Virus record (IMG/VR): IMGVR_UViG_3300021371_000024
Span: 1-50,874 of that record
DNA: 50,874 bases
Source of the DNA: a virus
Lineage: Duplodnaviria; Caudoviricetes
Strand: one strand, 5' to 3'
Part shown: positions 35,711-45,572 of the stretch, piece by piece
Position numbering within the stretch: position 1 is the first letter of the stretch
How the letters are laid out: the number at the start of each line of letters is the position of its first letter
Position numbers and translations under genes: made by a program
Notes under the pieces: generated by a model
Seen by the model: the letters and a program-made list of their open reading frames with translations, nothing else
What the model was told of the DNA's origin: nothing
Database searches by the model: none

Positions 35711-38700
35711 TTACTTTAACCTCTTTTTTAATTCATTAATTTGTTCTTGTTGCTCTTTAATTGCTTCTATTAAAATAGAAACCATGTTACCATAAGCAAC
35801 CGCTTTATTTCCATCTTTACCACTTACGACTTCTGGTAAAACTTTTTCGACTTCTTGAGCAACAACCCCTGCTTGTCTTAGTACTTCTGGAGCTTCTGGA
35901 TCTTCTTCATCCTTTACGTAGTCTGTTCTTTCATATGTATAACCATTGAGAGAACAAACTTTTTCAAGAGCATTTGGTATTTTTACAAGGTTAGTTTTAA
36001 CTGCAATATCTGAATAGGCTGTCACATTACCTGAAGTCCATATACCATCGCCAATAGCTGCAGTTAAGGTTCCATTACGTCTATGTTGAAGTTGATGGCT
36101 TAATCCAGATATAGATTGGTTTGTTCCTGTACCTATATTAGTATGCGTATATGTAAGGCCATACATATTTCCATATGAAGTACCATCATCGCTAGTCTTA
36201 TACGATGTTCCCATTGACCAAACATGTTGATAACGAGTAGAGCTATATAAACCAAAAACACCTCTACCAAAATTTCCTGCAACTAGAGCCAGTTGTGTAC
36301 CCATAGTCAATTGACCAGTAAAAGTATCATTAGCATTACTACGAAGAAGTGTGCTGTAATCAGAAGCACCAGCAATTGTGCCGCCAATAAAATTTCCTGA
36401 CCCGTTTATGCCTTTGGTAGTATCATCAACAAAAAAGCCGCCATCTGCCCTAATATATCTTGGAGTATAAATGTTTTTGGCAGTCACTTGGTTAATACGC
36501 AGCCACGATGTATCTTGGCAGCCAATCTCGCCTATGCGGGTTGTGCCGTTGTAAAACTGAATATGATCGCTGACGTTGTTATCAGCTTTGTAAATTCTTA
36601 TTTCCGCATCAGATTGCGTTCCAGTACCAACATCAAGACGGTTCTTGGCAGTTAAATTAGCTTCAACAATCCAGTTTCCTGAATCCTCGCTATATGCACC
36701 CCAACCGTTGCTACTATTTAAAAAACCAATACGGTTACTATTACAGTGAATGCGGCGTTCACCGTGATCAGCATCAGACATATAAATATCTGAGGAACTG
36801 TGTGAGGGCGCGCCAACTCGTATCCCATTTATGCCAATAGTACGCAGACTTTCTGAGCCGTTATGATACAGTCTAGTATCAGCGTTTCTAAGACATAATA
36901 TCGCCCATTCGTTATCAGTATCGTTGTAAATGCCCGCTTCTCCTGCGCCATTTGACATAAACACCCAATCGTCACGAATGGCATATCCAGCCCAACCACC
37001 AGAAACACCACGATCATCGTCTACTTTAACTGTGCCGTAATTGCCTGTGGCAACATCAATGTAGTTGGGGCCATTATCATTGAAAGATGTGCTAAGTGAA
37101 GCATTGCCAGTGCCATCCCAGCTTACTGAACCTGTTACAGCACCCGTTAAAGAAAGGGTGCGGCTAGTAATCCAACCTGCTGCTTTGCCAGACTGTAAAT
37201 CACCATTATTATCAATATATGATTTATCAGAGCCATCGCGTCTAAACTGAACAATTCTATTTGATGACTGATCTGCAACAATATACCAACGATTAGAATG
37301 GTATTGTATTTTACCAACTGTCCCTGGATTTCCTGTCCAAGTAGGGTTTGATTGCGCTGATCTAATATCACTATTATTTAAGGTTATAGCACCAGCACCA
37401 CCGCTAATTGTAAGATCGCCCGTCATAGTGCCGCCACTCAATGGCAGCTTGGTGCTGTCAGCTACAGTGATATTAGCAGAGCCGTTAAACGATACTCCAT
37501 TAATGGTTCGTGCAGTTGTTAGTGTGTCAGCATTAGGGTGATAGCCATCGTGGAATACTCGCTGATATGTAGCGCCCTTTGACCAGCCACCAACAACAAA
37601 GTCATTTATGCCGCCATGCAGACCAAAGTACGCTGCGTAATCACCACCAATGTGGAATGCCATAAATGCATCATGTCCAGCATTGTCTTGGAAAACCTCT
37701 AAAGAAGCATGATAGGCAGAAGCAGTATCTATTGCGTTTTCTGATTGGAAGCGTAGCAAGTTGGAGTTGCCTGTGGCTGTCCAAGTATAGCCAACGCCTT
37801 TTCTGATAAAACTAGATTCGTGGTAGCCATCCAACAGGTCAGCATCTAAGCCAGAACCAGAACCGTCATTGCCAGCATGCCATATGTTGTTATTGTTATA
37901 CTGAAATGACGCACCTGTAAAATCAATGTTACCGCTGGAATCAATCGTCTGACGTACCACTGGTGTTACACCTGTAGAGATACGAACACCTGTGTTTGAA
38001 GTGGTTCTTGATACAAGGCTTAACCAACTTTGGTCTGCTACAAGTGTAATACCATTTGGTAGATAAGTGGTGTTGGCGGTAACGCTACCCCCTGTTTGCA
38101 ATAAATAACCTGCGCTGGCACCATTAGAGCCTATAAACTGAAAGCCGCCGTAGCTGGAAGCGCTATCTGGTCTTAACTGCGTTCCATAACCGTACCGTTG
38201 ACCATTTGTAATATTAGCCCAAGAGTGCGTATGACTATCATTAGCCACAGTCACACTCAGTGTAGCATTAGCAGAGCCATCCCAAGAGACAGAACCAGAT
38301 GCGTCACCAGAGAGTGATAGGGTACGGGAGGTAGTCCACTTGTCTGCGTTGGGGTGGTAGCCATCGTGGAAAACACGTTGATTACCACTACCTTCATTAA
38401 CCAAAAATTGATGGGCTGCATTTATTTGTGCTCTATGAACACCGTCAACATCGTCATAGGCCATATAGAAAATGCTGTCGCCTACACCTATAGAGTAGCG
38501 AGTGTTTGTGGTTCCAGAGCCATCGCCTCTGAAGTGTAATACACCGTAGCCACCACCACCGTCTATACTTACTTCTGTGTTGCCGTAAAGATCATCACTC
38601 CAAGCAGTGTCTGTAGCTGTGCCACCAATACCTAAATGACCATTAATAGTTGTATTAGCATCAATTGTAGTTGCACCGTTGAGATATGTCGTGCCGTTAT

Positions 38701-40267
38701 TGTAGAAATCATAGGACGTATTTGATGAACCTACATACAGTCCAGCCGCTTGAAGATCACCCGTCATAATGTCGCCAGTGACATTTACGTAACGACTGTC
38801 AAAACCTGTATAGCTGCTATCAATAGCTATATCATTAGCATTAACAGTAATACCACTACCGCCGCCTACAGTAAGCGTTCTGTTAGCTGATAAGTCTCCA
38901 CCACCCGTAAGACCATTACCTGCAGTAATAATACGTGACGTAGGTACTTTAGCATCTAGTGCTGACTGTAAGCCATCTACATTACTAATTACATGTGCAT
39001 GTGAATCGTCTTGTACTGCAGCAGTAATGTTAATATTAGCAGACCCATCAAAAGATGCGCTTCCTGTAACGTCACCTGATAGCTGAATAGTACGTGCTGT
39101 TTCTAAAGCTGTAGCTGTATCAGCGTTACCTGTAACATCACCTGTCAGATTACCCGTTACGTTACCAATAATAGCTGCTGTGACTTGATTGAACGTAACG
39201 TTAGCTGATGTTGCTACATCTTGCCCAATAGAAAACGTAGTACCAGTTAAAGTAATACCTGTACCACCAGAGTATACAGTTGTCTCAGCTACTTCTGAAA
39301 ATACAATATTAGTAGTACCAAATACGATTGTACCTGCTGTACTTAAAACATCTAAGTGACCTGCGTTAGTAGAACCTTCTTTGATGAAGAAAGCATCACC
39401 CTTACCAAAGGCATCAGGGTCAGACGGTGCTGCAGTATCTGTATCTGTAGAGCGTGTAAGTACCCAAGCAGTAGAGCCATCACCTACTGTCGTTACTGTA
39501 TATACACCATTTTGTGTTTGGTTTGTTTGGTTAGCGACAAGAACACGATCATTTAATACCATGCTTACGCTGTCTATAACTAATGCTGCATTTGTTCCTG
39601 CATTAGTAAGCGTAGCCCCTACACCTGACGAACCATTGTTGTAAGTAGCATTTAGGTTACTAGGATGTTCAGCACGTACTGGGGCATGATAGTGTATACC
39701 AGCAGAGGCAATCGTATCAACATACTGTTTTGTTGCGGCCCCTAATGCTGCGTTGGGATCAGTATTAAGAATAAGGTTGCCTGTCATAGTGCCGCCAGAC
39801 CTCATTAAAGCCCCAGCAGCAGCTACAGTAACAGCGTCTGTTACATCTGCACTTGTGTCGATACCATCAAGTTTAGAACCATCTGTTGCAACATCGCGTC
39901 CATCAACTGTACCTGTTACAGTAATATCTGCGAAAGTGACATCCTCACCTACTACAGCAGCTTTGCTTGCAGGGTAGGTCATAAAAATATCTTTAGTACC
40001 AGCAGAAAGATCTACTGCAGATGTACCGTTAGAACCCGCCAATACTGTAGTACGTGAAAGTGTGTTGCCAGTATTCCACGTACCTAGACCTACTTCCCAC
40101 TCATCAACACCAGAAGATGTATGAGCAATGGCATAAAAAGTCGTGTCTCCATTCGTAAGATAAGATTGAAATGTATCGAAAGTAGCAGAAGCACCGCCAA
40201 GACTTATGTTGCCAGTGCCTGTAGTAGTGCTATTTTCTTTTACACGATCTTTTAATATAAATGCCAT
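35711..40267 (-). CDS. long tail fibre with C-terminal intramolecular chaperone (peptidase S74)
   Basis: DRVKE N-terminus; repeated ARTI.L.GDVTGS.SFDG modules; YSD...K.N...GVVAQEVEKVLPEVV...LIEAIKE. Confidence 0.88.
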   Translation of the reverse strand: MAFILKDRVKENSTTTGTGNISLGGASATFDTFQSYLTNGDTTFYAIAHTSSGVDEWEVGLGTWNTGNTLSRTTVLAGSNGTSAVDLSAGTKDIFMTYPASKAAVVGEDVTFADITVTGTVDGRDVATDGSKLDGIDTSADVTDAVTVAAAGALMRSGGTMTGNLILNTDPNAALGAATKQYVDTIASAGIHYHAPVRAEHPSNLNATYNNGSSGVGATLTNAGTNAALVIDSVSMVLNDRVLVANQTNQTQNGVYTVTTVGDGSTAWVLTRSTDTDTAAPSDPDAFGKGDAFFIKEGSTNAGHLDVLSTAGTIVFGTTNIVFSEVAETTVYSGGTGITLTGTTFSIGQDVATSANVTFNQVTAAIIGNVTGNLTGDVTGNADTATALETARTIQLSGDVTGSASFDGSANINITAAVQDDSHAHVISNVDGLQSALDAKVPTSRIITAGNGLTGGGDLSANRTLTVGGGSGITVNANDIAIDSSYTGFDSRYVNVTGDIMTGDLQAAGLYVGSSNTSYDFYNNGTTYLNGATTIDANTTINGHLGIGGTATDTAWSDDLYGNTEVSIDGGGGYGVLHFRGDGSGTTNTRYSIGVGDSIFYMAYDDVDGVHRAQINAAHQFLVNEGSGNQRVFHDGYHPNADKWTTSRTLSLSGDASGSVSWDGSANATLSVTVANDSHTHSWANITNGQRYGYGTQLRPDSASSYGGFQFIGSNGASAGYLLQTGGSVTANTTYLPNGITLVADQSWLSLVSRTTSNTGVRISTGVTPVVRQTIDSSGNIDFTGASFQYNNNNIWHAGNDGSGSGLDADLLDGYHESSFIRKGVGYTWTATGNSNLLRFQSENAIDTASAYHASLEVFQDNAGHDAFMAFHIGGDYAAYFGLHGGINDFVVGGWSKGATYQRVFHDGYHPNADTLTTARTINGVSFNGSANITVADSTKLPLSGGTMTGDLTISGGAGAITLNNSDIRSAQSNPTWTGNPGTVGKIQYHSNRWYIVADQSSNRIVQFRRDGSDKSYIDNNGDLQSGKAAGWITSRTLSLTGAVTGSVSWDGTGNASLSTSFNDNGPNYIDVATGNYGTVKVDDDRGVSGGWAGYAIRDDWVFMSNGAGEAGIYNDTDNEWAILCLRNADTRLYHNGSESLRTIGINGIRVGAPSHSSSDIYMSDADHGERRIHCNSNRIGFLNSSNGWGAYSEDSGNWIVEANLTAKNRLDVGTGTQSDAEIRIYKADNNVSDHIQFYNGTTRIGEIGCQDTSWLRINQVTAKNIYTPRYIRADGGFFVDDTTKGINGSGNFIGGTIAGASDYSTLLRSNANDTFTGQLTMGTQLALVAGNFGRGVFGLYSSTRYQHVWSMGTSYKTSDDGTSYGNMYGLTYTHTNIGTGTNQSISGLSHQLQHRRNGTLTAAIGDGIWTSGNVTAYSDIAVKTNLVKIPNALEKVCSLNGYTYERTDYVKDEEDPEAPEVLRQAGVVAQEVEKVLPEVVSGKDGNKAVAYGNMVSILIEAIKEQQEQINELKKRLK

Positions 40268-40283
40268 TTAGTACAACCTTGTA

Positions 40284-40733
40284 TTAGGTAATGCGAATTA
40301 CCGCATTTGAAGCGTCTTGCGCAGGAAATACAACTGTGAAATCACCTGCAGTAGAAGTTACTGTAGAACCAAAGTTAAATACTGCAATAGCTTTGTCTCC
40401 TTGTGAGGCATTATATATTAATGCACCATCTGCAGAAATAGTTAAATTAGAAAATACTTCATCTACAAAATCAACAAAAGCAGTAGCGCCTGATAAGTTA
40501 ATTATGCTTGATGATCCATCTGTAGGAGCAGTAATTACCTGTCCACCTGATGTATAATTCGTTCCTGTAGCTTCGTCAGCACCTAAGTCAGAATAGTTAG
40601 TAGTAGATGCACCATATGTACCTGTTGGTGAAGCTTTAATTAGAGCTATTTTTAAACTGTCTGTATCTAAGTCGTGAACACCGCCAAGTAGCTCTTGCTT
40701 AAACGTGTTGCACATTGCTGTAGTAATTGCCAT
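40284..40733 (-). CDS. putative virion structural protein
   Basis: MCNTFKQELL...LKIAL...NYTSGG...GALIYN motifs; follows capsid gene. Confidence 0.65.
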   Translation of the reverse strand: MAITTAMCNTFKQELLGGVHDLDTDSLKIALIKASPTGTYGASTTNYSDLGADEATGTNYTSGGQVITAPTDGSSSIINLSGATAFVDFVDEVFSNLTISADGALIYNASQGDKAIAVFNFGSTVTSTAGDFTVVFPAQDASNAVIRIT

Positions 40734-40758
40734 TTGAGGGTATCCTTTATATGCAAAG

Positions 40759-40790
40759 AAAGATAGGCCACAGTTAAGCAGCCTATCTTT
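40759..40790 (-). terminator. stem-loop after major capsid gene
   Basis: AAAGATAGGC/GCCTATCTTT 10-bp stem; short U tract on - strand. Confidence 0.55.
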
Positions 40791-40802
40791 GTAAGTGTAT
40801 TA

Positions 40803-41900
40803 TCAGGCGATATTATATTTCGCTGATACCAGACCTTCTGGACGAAGGATCTTGCGACCGTATAGGTGCATACCACGCACAATATCTGCGAATGAGTCTG
40901 GGTCACGATAAGTCTCAGTTTTGTTGATCTGCTCTGCAGATGCAACGGCTGAGTCGTGTCCAGCACAAATCACACCATAGTTAGCGTTCTGGTTGTCTGT
41001 ACCTGAAGTTCCTGCACCAGTACCTACTGATGGTAAGTTTGAAGATACATAGACGCGGAAGCCATGAAAGTTATTCAGAACCAAACCGTTCTGCAATCCT
41101 GAGCCACCAAAGTCTGCGTTCAACAAACGTGAATCTTCGTCGCGCATGATTTCCATCAACACTGGGTCAATTACAAGCCACCGACCAGATGAGTCAACCT
41201 GCTGTTGATCCAACAAACGTGCCATACGAGATACAATCATCGCAGGAGACACAGTTGCTGTTGGTAATGCTGTAGCACCAGGAAGACGTGCAGCTACTGG
41301 AATCGAATGATCCGCAGCAGAAGCAGTAGTGATGTTACCAAAGTCACCTTTTTTCAGCTTGTTAGCTGCGAGCAATTCGTCGCCGTTAGCCGCTGAGTTA
41401 GCTTTGGTTCCGTTGATAACGTCATTTACGGTATCAGCAGTTTCATCTTCCAAGATGTTACCAGTTGCACCAGCAGCAGGTGTTTGCTTATAACCCGCCA
41501 TGTAACCAAGTACATCTTTGTCAAACTGATCAGCCAAACGATAGGCTGCACGATCTGACGCAAGGCTTTGGAAATTGACGTGACTATGCGCGTCCTCAAT
41601 ATCATCGACCTTGAAGGCAAAATAATTGGCCTTATCAATTTGAAGAGTAAAGTCAGAGTCAATCAAATCTTGTGCGGCAACAGTTGTACCACGCAAATAA
41701 GGCTTGACTTCTACTTCAGGCTCTTTAACGATTTTCACGCTATCTCCCATGTTGGCAATCTCGCCAAAATAGTCGTTGTTAGTAATTGCTTCACAGATAG
41801 CAGACTTGCGGAATGCAAGTTGTACCTGTTTGCTGTAGATTACTGGTGACCAAACCCCATTGGGAAGGTTACCATATCCACTCGCTGATCCAAATGCCAT
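40803..41900 (-). CDS. major capsid protein
   Basis: P.IYSK.V, GEIANMGDSVKI, YFAFKVDDIE, ADIVRGMHLYG.K.LRPE; follows scaffold. Confidence 0.9.
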   Translation of the reverse strand: MAFGSASGYGNLPNGVWSPVIYSKQVQLAFRKSAICEAITNNDYFGEIANMGDSVKIVKEPEVEVKPYLRGTTVAAQDLIDSDFTLQIDKANYFAFKVDDIEDAHSHVNFQSLASDRAAYRLADQFDKDVLGYMAGYKQTPAAGATGNILEDETADTVNDVINGTKANSAANGDELLAANKLKKGDFGNITTASAADHSIPVAARLPGATALPTATVSPAMIVSRMARLLDQQQVDSSGRWLVIDPVLMEIMRDEDSRLLNADFGGSGLQNGLVLNNFHGFRVYVSSNLPSVGTGAGTSGTDNQNANYGVICAGHDSAVASAEQINKTETYRDPDSFADIVRGMHLYGRKILRPEGLVSAKYNIA

Positions 41901-42134
41901 TGTTTATTCCTTTCGCATTATTGGTTCCAAGATACAAACTAAAACAATTTCAAGTTTAGAGGCTAATATACTGGGTGCATTGTCTATAAGAATGGCCTTT
42001 CTTATATGCAATGGGCCAATAGGGATTAGGTAGTTCCGTAAGAGTATTGCTGTTTGTGAATAGTAAAGTTTAATTTAGTATAGAGTAGGTTGCTATTTAA
42101 TAGGGCTACCCTATACTAAGGGATTGTACATATA

Positions 42135-42162
42135 GTTATACCATAGTATTTCTATATGTCAA
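42135..42162 (-). promoter_or_regulatory. sigma70 promoter for capsid gene
   Basis: On - strand TTGACA-16 bp-TATAAC with extended -10 TG. Confidence 0.65.
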
Positions 42163-42166
42163 TAGC

Positions 42167-43045
42167 TTAACGAGCATTTCCTGAAATATCATAAATAAAT
42201 TTTCCAGTACGAATAGATTCCATAATATCATCCGCATATTTCTCGTATTCTTGTGGAGACATTTTATTTACCTGAGATTCTTTTAGGTAGTTACTTGTCT
42301 CATCTGTTTCAGGGCGAGTACGTGTAGATTTAGTTCCTACTGATCTCGCCGCATCTTTGTCAGTATTTTTACTTTTAGTTTTTGTAATGCCCCTATCAAT
42401 TTTGTATAGGTCGATAGCACGAGAAGCTGAACGAGCATCTTCAGTATTTTCATACAAAGCATCTTGAACCCATTTAGGCTGCTCTTCAGCCCACTCATGG
42501 AAGTCATCGCTGTCACGTATTTCACCAAAGTCTGGGTGTATCCGCATAAGCTCTGCTTCAGCTTTTTCACGTGTGGCCTCATATCGCATTTCATCAATAG
42601 CTTTAACACGATCTTCTAATTCCTTTGATTGTTCTCTTGCTTTTTTAATTGCAATAGTTTCTACGATGGCTGCTACATCAGGGTATTCTGCTGCCCACTT
42701 ATCTAAGTCTTCATCGCTAGTAGGTAGTTTAATTCCTTGTGCTGCAGATTCGTTAAGTTGTTCTTCTAGCTTTTTAATTCGATCTTCGTAGCTACGTTCT
42801 TTTTCTTGAGTATGTCTACGTAAATCACCATAGCGTTTTTTAAAGCTACGCTCTTCTGCTGTTTCAGGTACTTTATCTTCTTGCTGTACCTCTTCATTTT
42901 CTTTTTCAGAATTACTTTGTTCATCCAATAATTTCTGTAGTTCTTCTTCTTCTAGTTTTCGTTTATCTTCGTTTGAGTATTTGCGATTTGCAAATGCTAC
43001 TTTTTTTGGCGATTCCATTTCGCCAGCCATTATTGTATCGTTCAT
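42167..43045 (-). CDS. capsid scaffolding protein
   Basis: Acidic coiled coil, FKKRYGDLRRH, HPDF, C-terminal MSPQEYEK motif; directly upstream of capsid gene. Confidence 0.75.
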   Translation of the reverse strand: MNDTIMAGEMESPKKVAFANRKYSNEDKRKLEEEELQKLLDEQSNSEKENEEVQQEDKVPETAEERSFKKRYGDLRRHTQEKERSYEDRIKKLEEQLNESAAQGIKLPTSDEDLDKWAAEYPDVAAIVETIAIKKAREQSKELEDRVKAIDEMRYEATREKAEAELMRIHPDFGEIRDSDDFHEWAEEQPKWVQDALYENTEDARSASRAIDLYKIDRGITKTKSKNTDKDAARSVGTKSTRTRPETDETSNYLKESQVNKMSPQEYEKYADDIMESIRTGKFIYDISGNAR

Positions 43046-43123
43046 TTATTTACTTTCTTTTCTGGGGCCACCGTAGCCTAGTGTTGTTGTTAGGGGGATG
43101 AGTAGCCAGACAAATGTAACAGA

Positions 43124-45361
43124 TTACTTACGTGCTGCTAAACCACGTTTCTTTTTAGGCATACCGCCTTTTGCTAAACCTGATATGCCGTATGCTTTAT
43201 CTAATTCTGCACCACCTGTTTTTTGTGTAGGTGATAAGTTAGCTGTTTTTATTTTAGCTTCTTTAGTCGCTTTCTTCGCAGCTTGTTTTGGAGTAGGTCT
43301 TGATATTGGAGAGCTATCTCTATCTCTGTCTCTATCCCTACTTACGGGTGGCGGTGTTGTAGTAGCTCCCGCACGACTTTGTGGTTTAGGTTCAGATGGC
43401 CTTGAAGGTGTCAATGCAGCGGCTTGTATCCCAGATTCTCTAGGAGTGCTTCCATCTACTTCCATTGTTGTTCCAACTAAAGGAGCAGTAACCTGTGTAC
43501 CTGTAACTGCATTTTTAACTACGTCAAGTACATTTTGAGCAGCTTGTGCTTGTATATCTGCAAGTTGTTGTTTAGCTTGGTTGCTTTCTGCAGATGCCAC
43601 TATTGGAAGTAAAGCTCTACTTCCTGTTGTCATACCCGCATCCGCAGGTCTATCTAATGGATACCCACTTAATACTTGAGGAGCAGCAACAGGTATTTGT
43701 GGGGCCGTAGATGTATCTGCAATACCTAGTGCTGGTGAGGCACCATACAGTGTAGGTGTTACAGGTTCACTTTGAGATTGTATTGCGGGAGAGAGTCCTT
43801 GCGACCTATCAAATGAAGCTTCTTGATTTTTAAGCGCAGTAGTCTCTGCAGTTGATTTTCTATCAAAAGAAGCTTCTTGCTGTTTTTTAGCTATGTAATC
43901 ATATGCATCTATAAGATCATTAGTAGGATCTATTTTAGTTTCTGGCGGTACTCCTAATGCTGCTTTTTCTTCTGGGGATAAGTCATCTTCAATAGAAAGT
44001 TCAAAAGGAGTTTGCGTTGAAGTTGCAGTTAAACTTGGTGATAAAGGAATAGCACTACTATCTACAGGTGTAACATCTTTAGGCGGCTTTTCAATTTTAC
44101 CTATATTAGACGCCGTAGTTGTAGCTGTTTTAACTTGTTCATCATTAAGACCTAACGCACCCTTTACTGTATTTATAATTTTACCAAATATAGATGTGTT
44201 TTCTTTTTCACCCTTTATTAATTTGTCTTTAGCAGCACGTAAGGCAGCTACTTGACCTACTACATCAGTCTTTTTAGCTTGTTCGATACGCTCATCAATA
44301 GTAGCTAATATTTGTTTTTTATTAAACTTATTACCAGCATACACTGCTGCACCAATTAATGGACCACCCAATGCACTAGCAAGTCCTGCAACAACAGATG
44401 GAGTATATCCAGTAAACTTATCTAGTTCTTTAATGTACATATCTAGTGGAGCGTCTTTCCAACTACCTGCTTCAACAAATGGATTCTTAGGTGCAGGTTG
44501 GCCTGAGCTACTACCATCACCACCCTGACGTACTACAGGTTCAGGTGTAACTTCTTCTCCTGTAAATAATACATAACCATCAGGTATGGTGTCAAGAGGT
44601 TTATCGCCTTGGAACCTAATATTTATTTTATTACCAGCTTCATTAATATATACTTTAGTTTCAATAGGAACATCTGCAGGAGATACAGGCCACTGAATAC
44701 CACCGACAGCAAAGTTATTCTCTTCGCTATCGTCTTCATCTTCTACAATAATTAAGTCAGCCATACCAAATGGTAAGTCATCAGGCATAGTAGCTTCGTC
44801 AGAGTTACCCATCTGACCCATAGCTTCCATTTCTTTTAAACCCATCTTAGCCATCTGACGCATTTGCATAAGTTTTTCAAGTCCAATAAACCTAACTACA
44901 TCTGCAGGAAAAATAAACTCACCTTCGCTAATGTTAGCTGGAATATCATCACGAACTTCTTTACGTGTACTTCCAGATGGAACTTCGTTACCAGATACTT
45001 CATCCACCATACCGCCTTCATCTTTTAGTCCACCGTCTTCAAAGAAGCTCATTTGATCTTTCATAGCAGTTCCACCCTTGTTAAATTTTAAATTATCACT
45101 ACGCTTACGTGCAGCTTGTTCTGCATCTTCTCTACTTTTATGTGAGCTAGTAGGCTTAATAATTTCTGCCTCTAGCATAAGTTTTAATGTAGCATCATCA
45201 TATTTATGACCATTATGTATACTAGGAATGTTTATCCACATACCCTTATACTTAAATGTAGTAGATTTTTCAGATACCATTTTACCTTCAGGAGTTTTAT
45301 AAACATCCCTACCTGCTTGTGTTTTTTTACCTGTACTTGTACCTACTTTTTTATCTGCCAT
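43124..45361 (-). CDS. putative head-associated/internal protein with repeated xxGG motifs
   Basis: FNKGG, FEDGG, FAVGG, LAKGG; DDIPANISEGEFIFPADVV domain; long P/T/A-rich region. Confidence 0.65.
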   Translation of the reverse strand: MADKKVGTSTGKKTQAGRDVYKTPEGKMVSEKSTTFKYKGMWINIPSIHNGHKYDDATLKLMLEAEIIKPTSSHKSREDAEQAARKRSDNLKFNKGGTAMKDQMSFFEDGGLKDEGGMVDEVSGNEVPSGSTRKEVRDDIPANISEGEFIFPADVVRFIGLEKLMQMRQMAKMGLKEMEAMGQMGNSDEATMPDDLPFGMADLIIVEDEDDSEENNFAVGGIQWPVSPADVPIETKVYINEAGNKINIRFQGDKPLDTIPDGYVLFTGEEVTPEPVVRQGGDGSSSGQPAPKNPFVEAGSWKDAPLDMYIKELDKFTGYTPSVVAGLASALGGPLIGAAVYAGNKFNKKQILATIDERIEQAKKTDVVGQVAALRAAKDKLIKGEKENTSIFGKIINTVKGALGLNDEQVKTATTTASNIGKIEKPPKDVTPVDSSAIPLSPSLTATSTQTPFELSIEDDLSPEEKAALGVPPETKIDPTNDLIDAYDYIAKKQQEASFDRKSTAETTALKNQEASFDRSQGLSPAIQSQSEPVTPTLYGASPALGIADTSTAPQIPVAAPQVLSGYPLDRPADAGMTTGSRALLPIVASAESNQAKQQLADIQAQAAQNVLDVVKNAVTGTQVTAPLVGTTMEVDGSTPRESGIQAAALTPSRPSEPKPQSRAGATTTPPPVSRDRDRDRDSSPISRPTPKQAAKKATKEAKIKTANLSPTQKTGGAELDKAYGISGLAKGGMPKKKRGLAARK

Positions 45362-45572
45362 TTAGTACTTCATCTTTCAATAACTTTAATCTACGTAATT
45401 GATTTATTGCACCCTGCGCCCTATGCACAACAGTAATACTATCTGTTTGTTCCATTATTCTGTGTTGTTCAGTAATAAGATAGTCAAAGTATTCCTCTAA
45501 CGCATTAGCCTGTTGGGGGTTGCCCAGCGTTGGCTTGAGGCGGTTGAGCAGTTGGTCCTTGTTCATTTCCAC
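45351..45572 (-). CDS. small conserved protein downstream of portal
   Basis: HRAQG motif; typical position. Confidence 0.65.
   Translation of the reverse strand: MEMNKDQLLNRLKPTLGNPQQANALEEYFDYLITEQHRIMEQTDSITVVHRAQGAINQLRRLKLLKDEVLNGR

Noticed and set aside
34738-40267. Diversity-generating retroelement or invertible tail-fibre cassette
   Set aside because: No reverse transcriptase, no adenine-specific TR/VR pair, and no invertase or inverted crossover sites seen.
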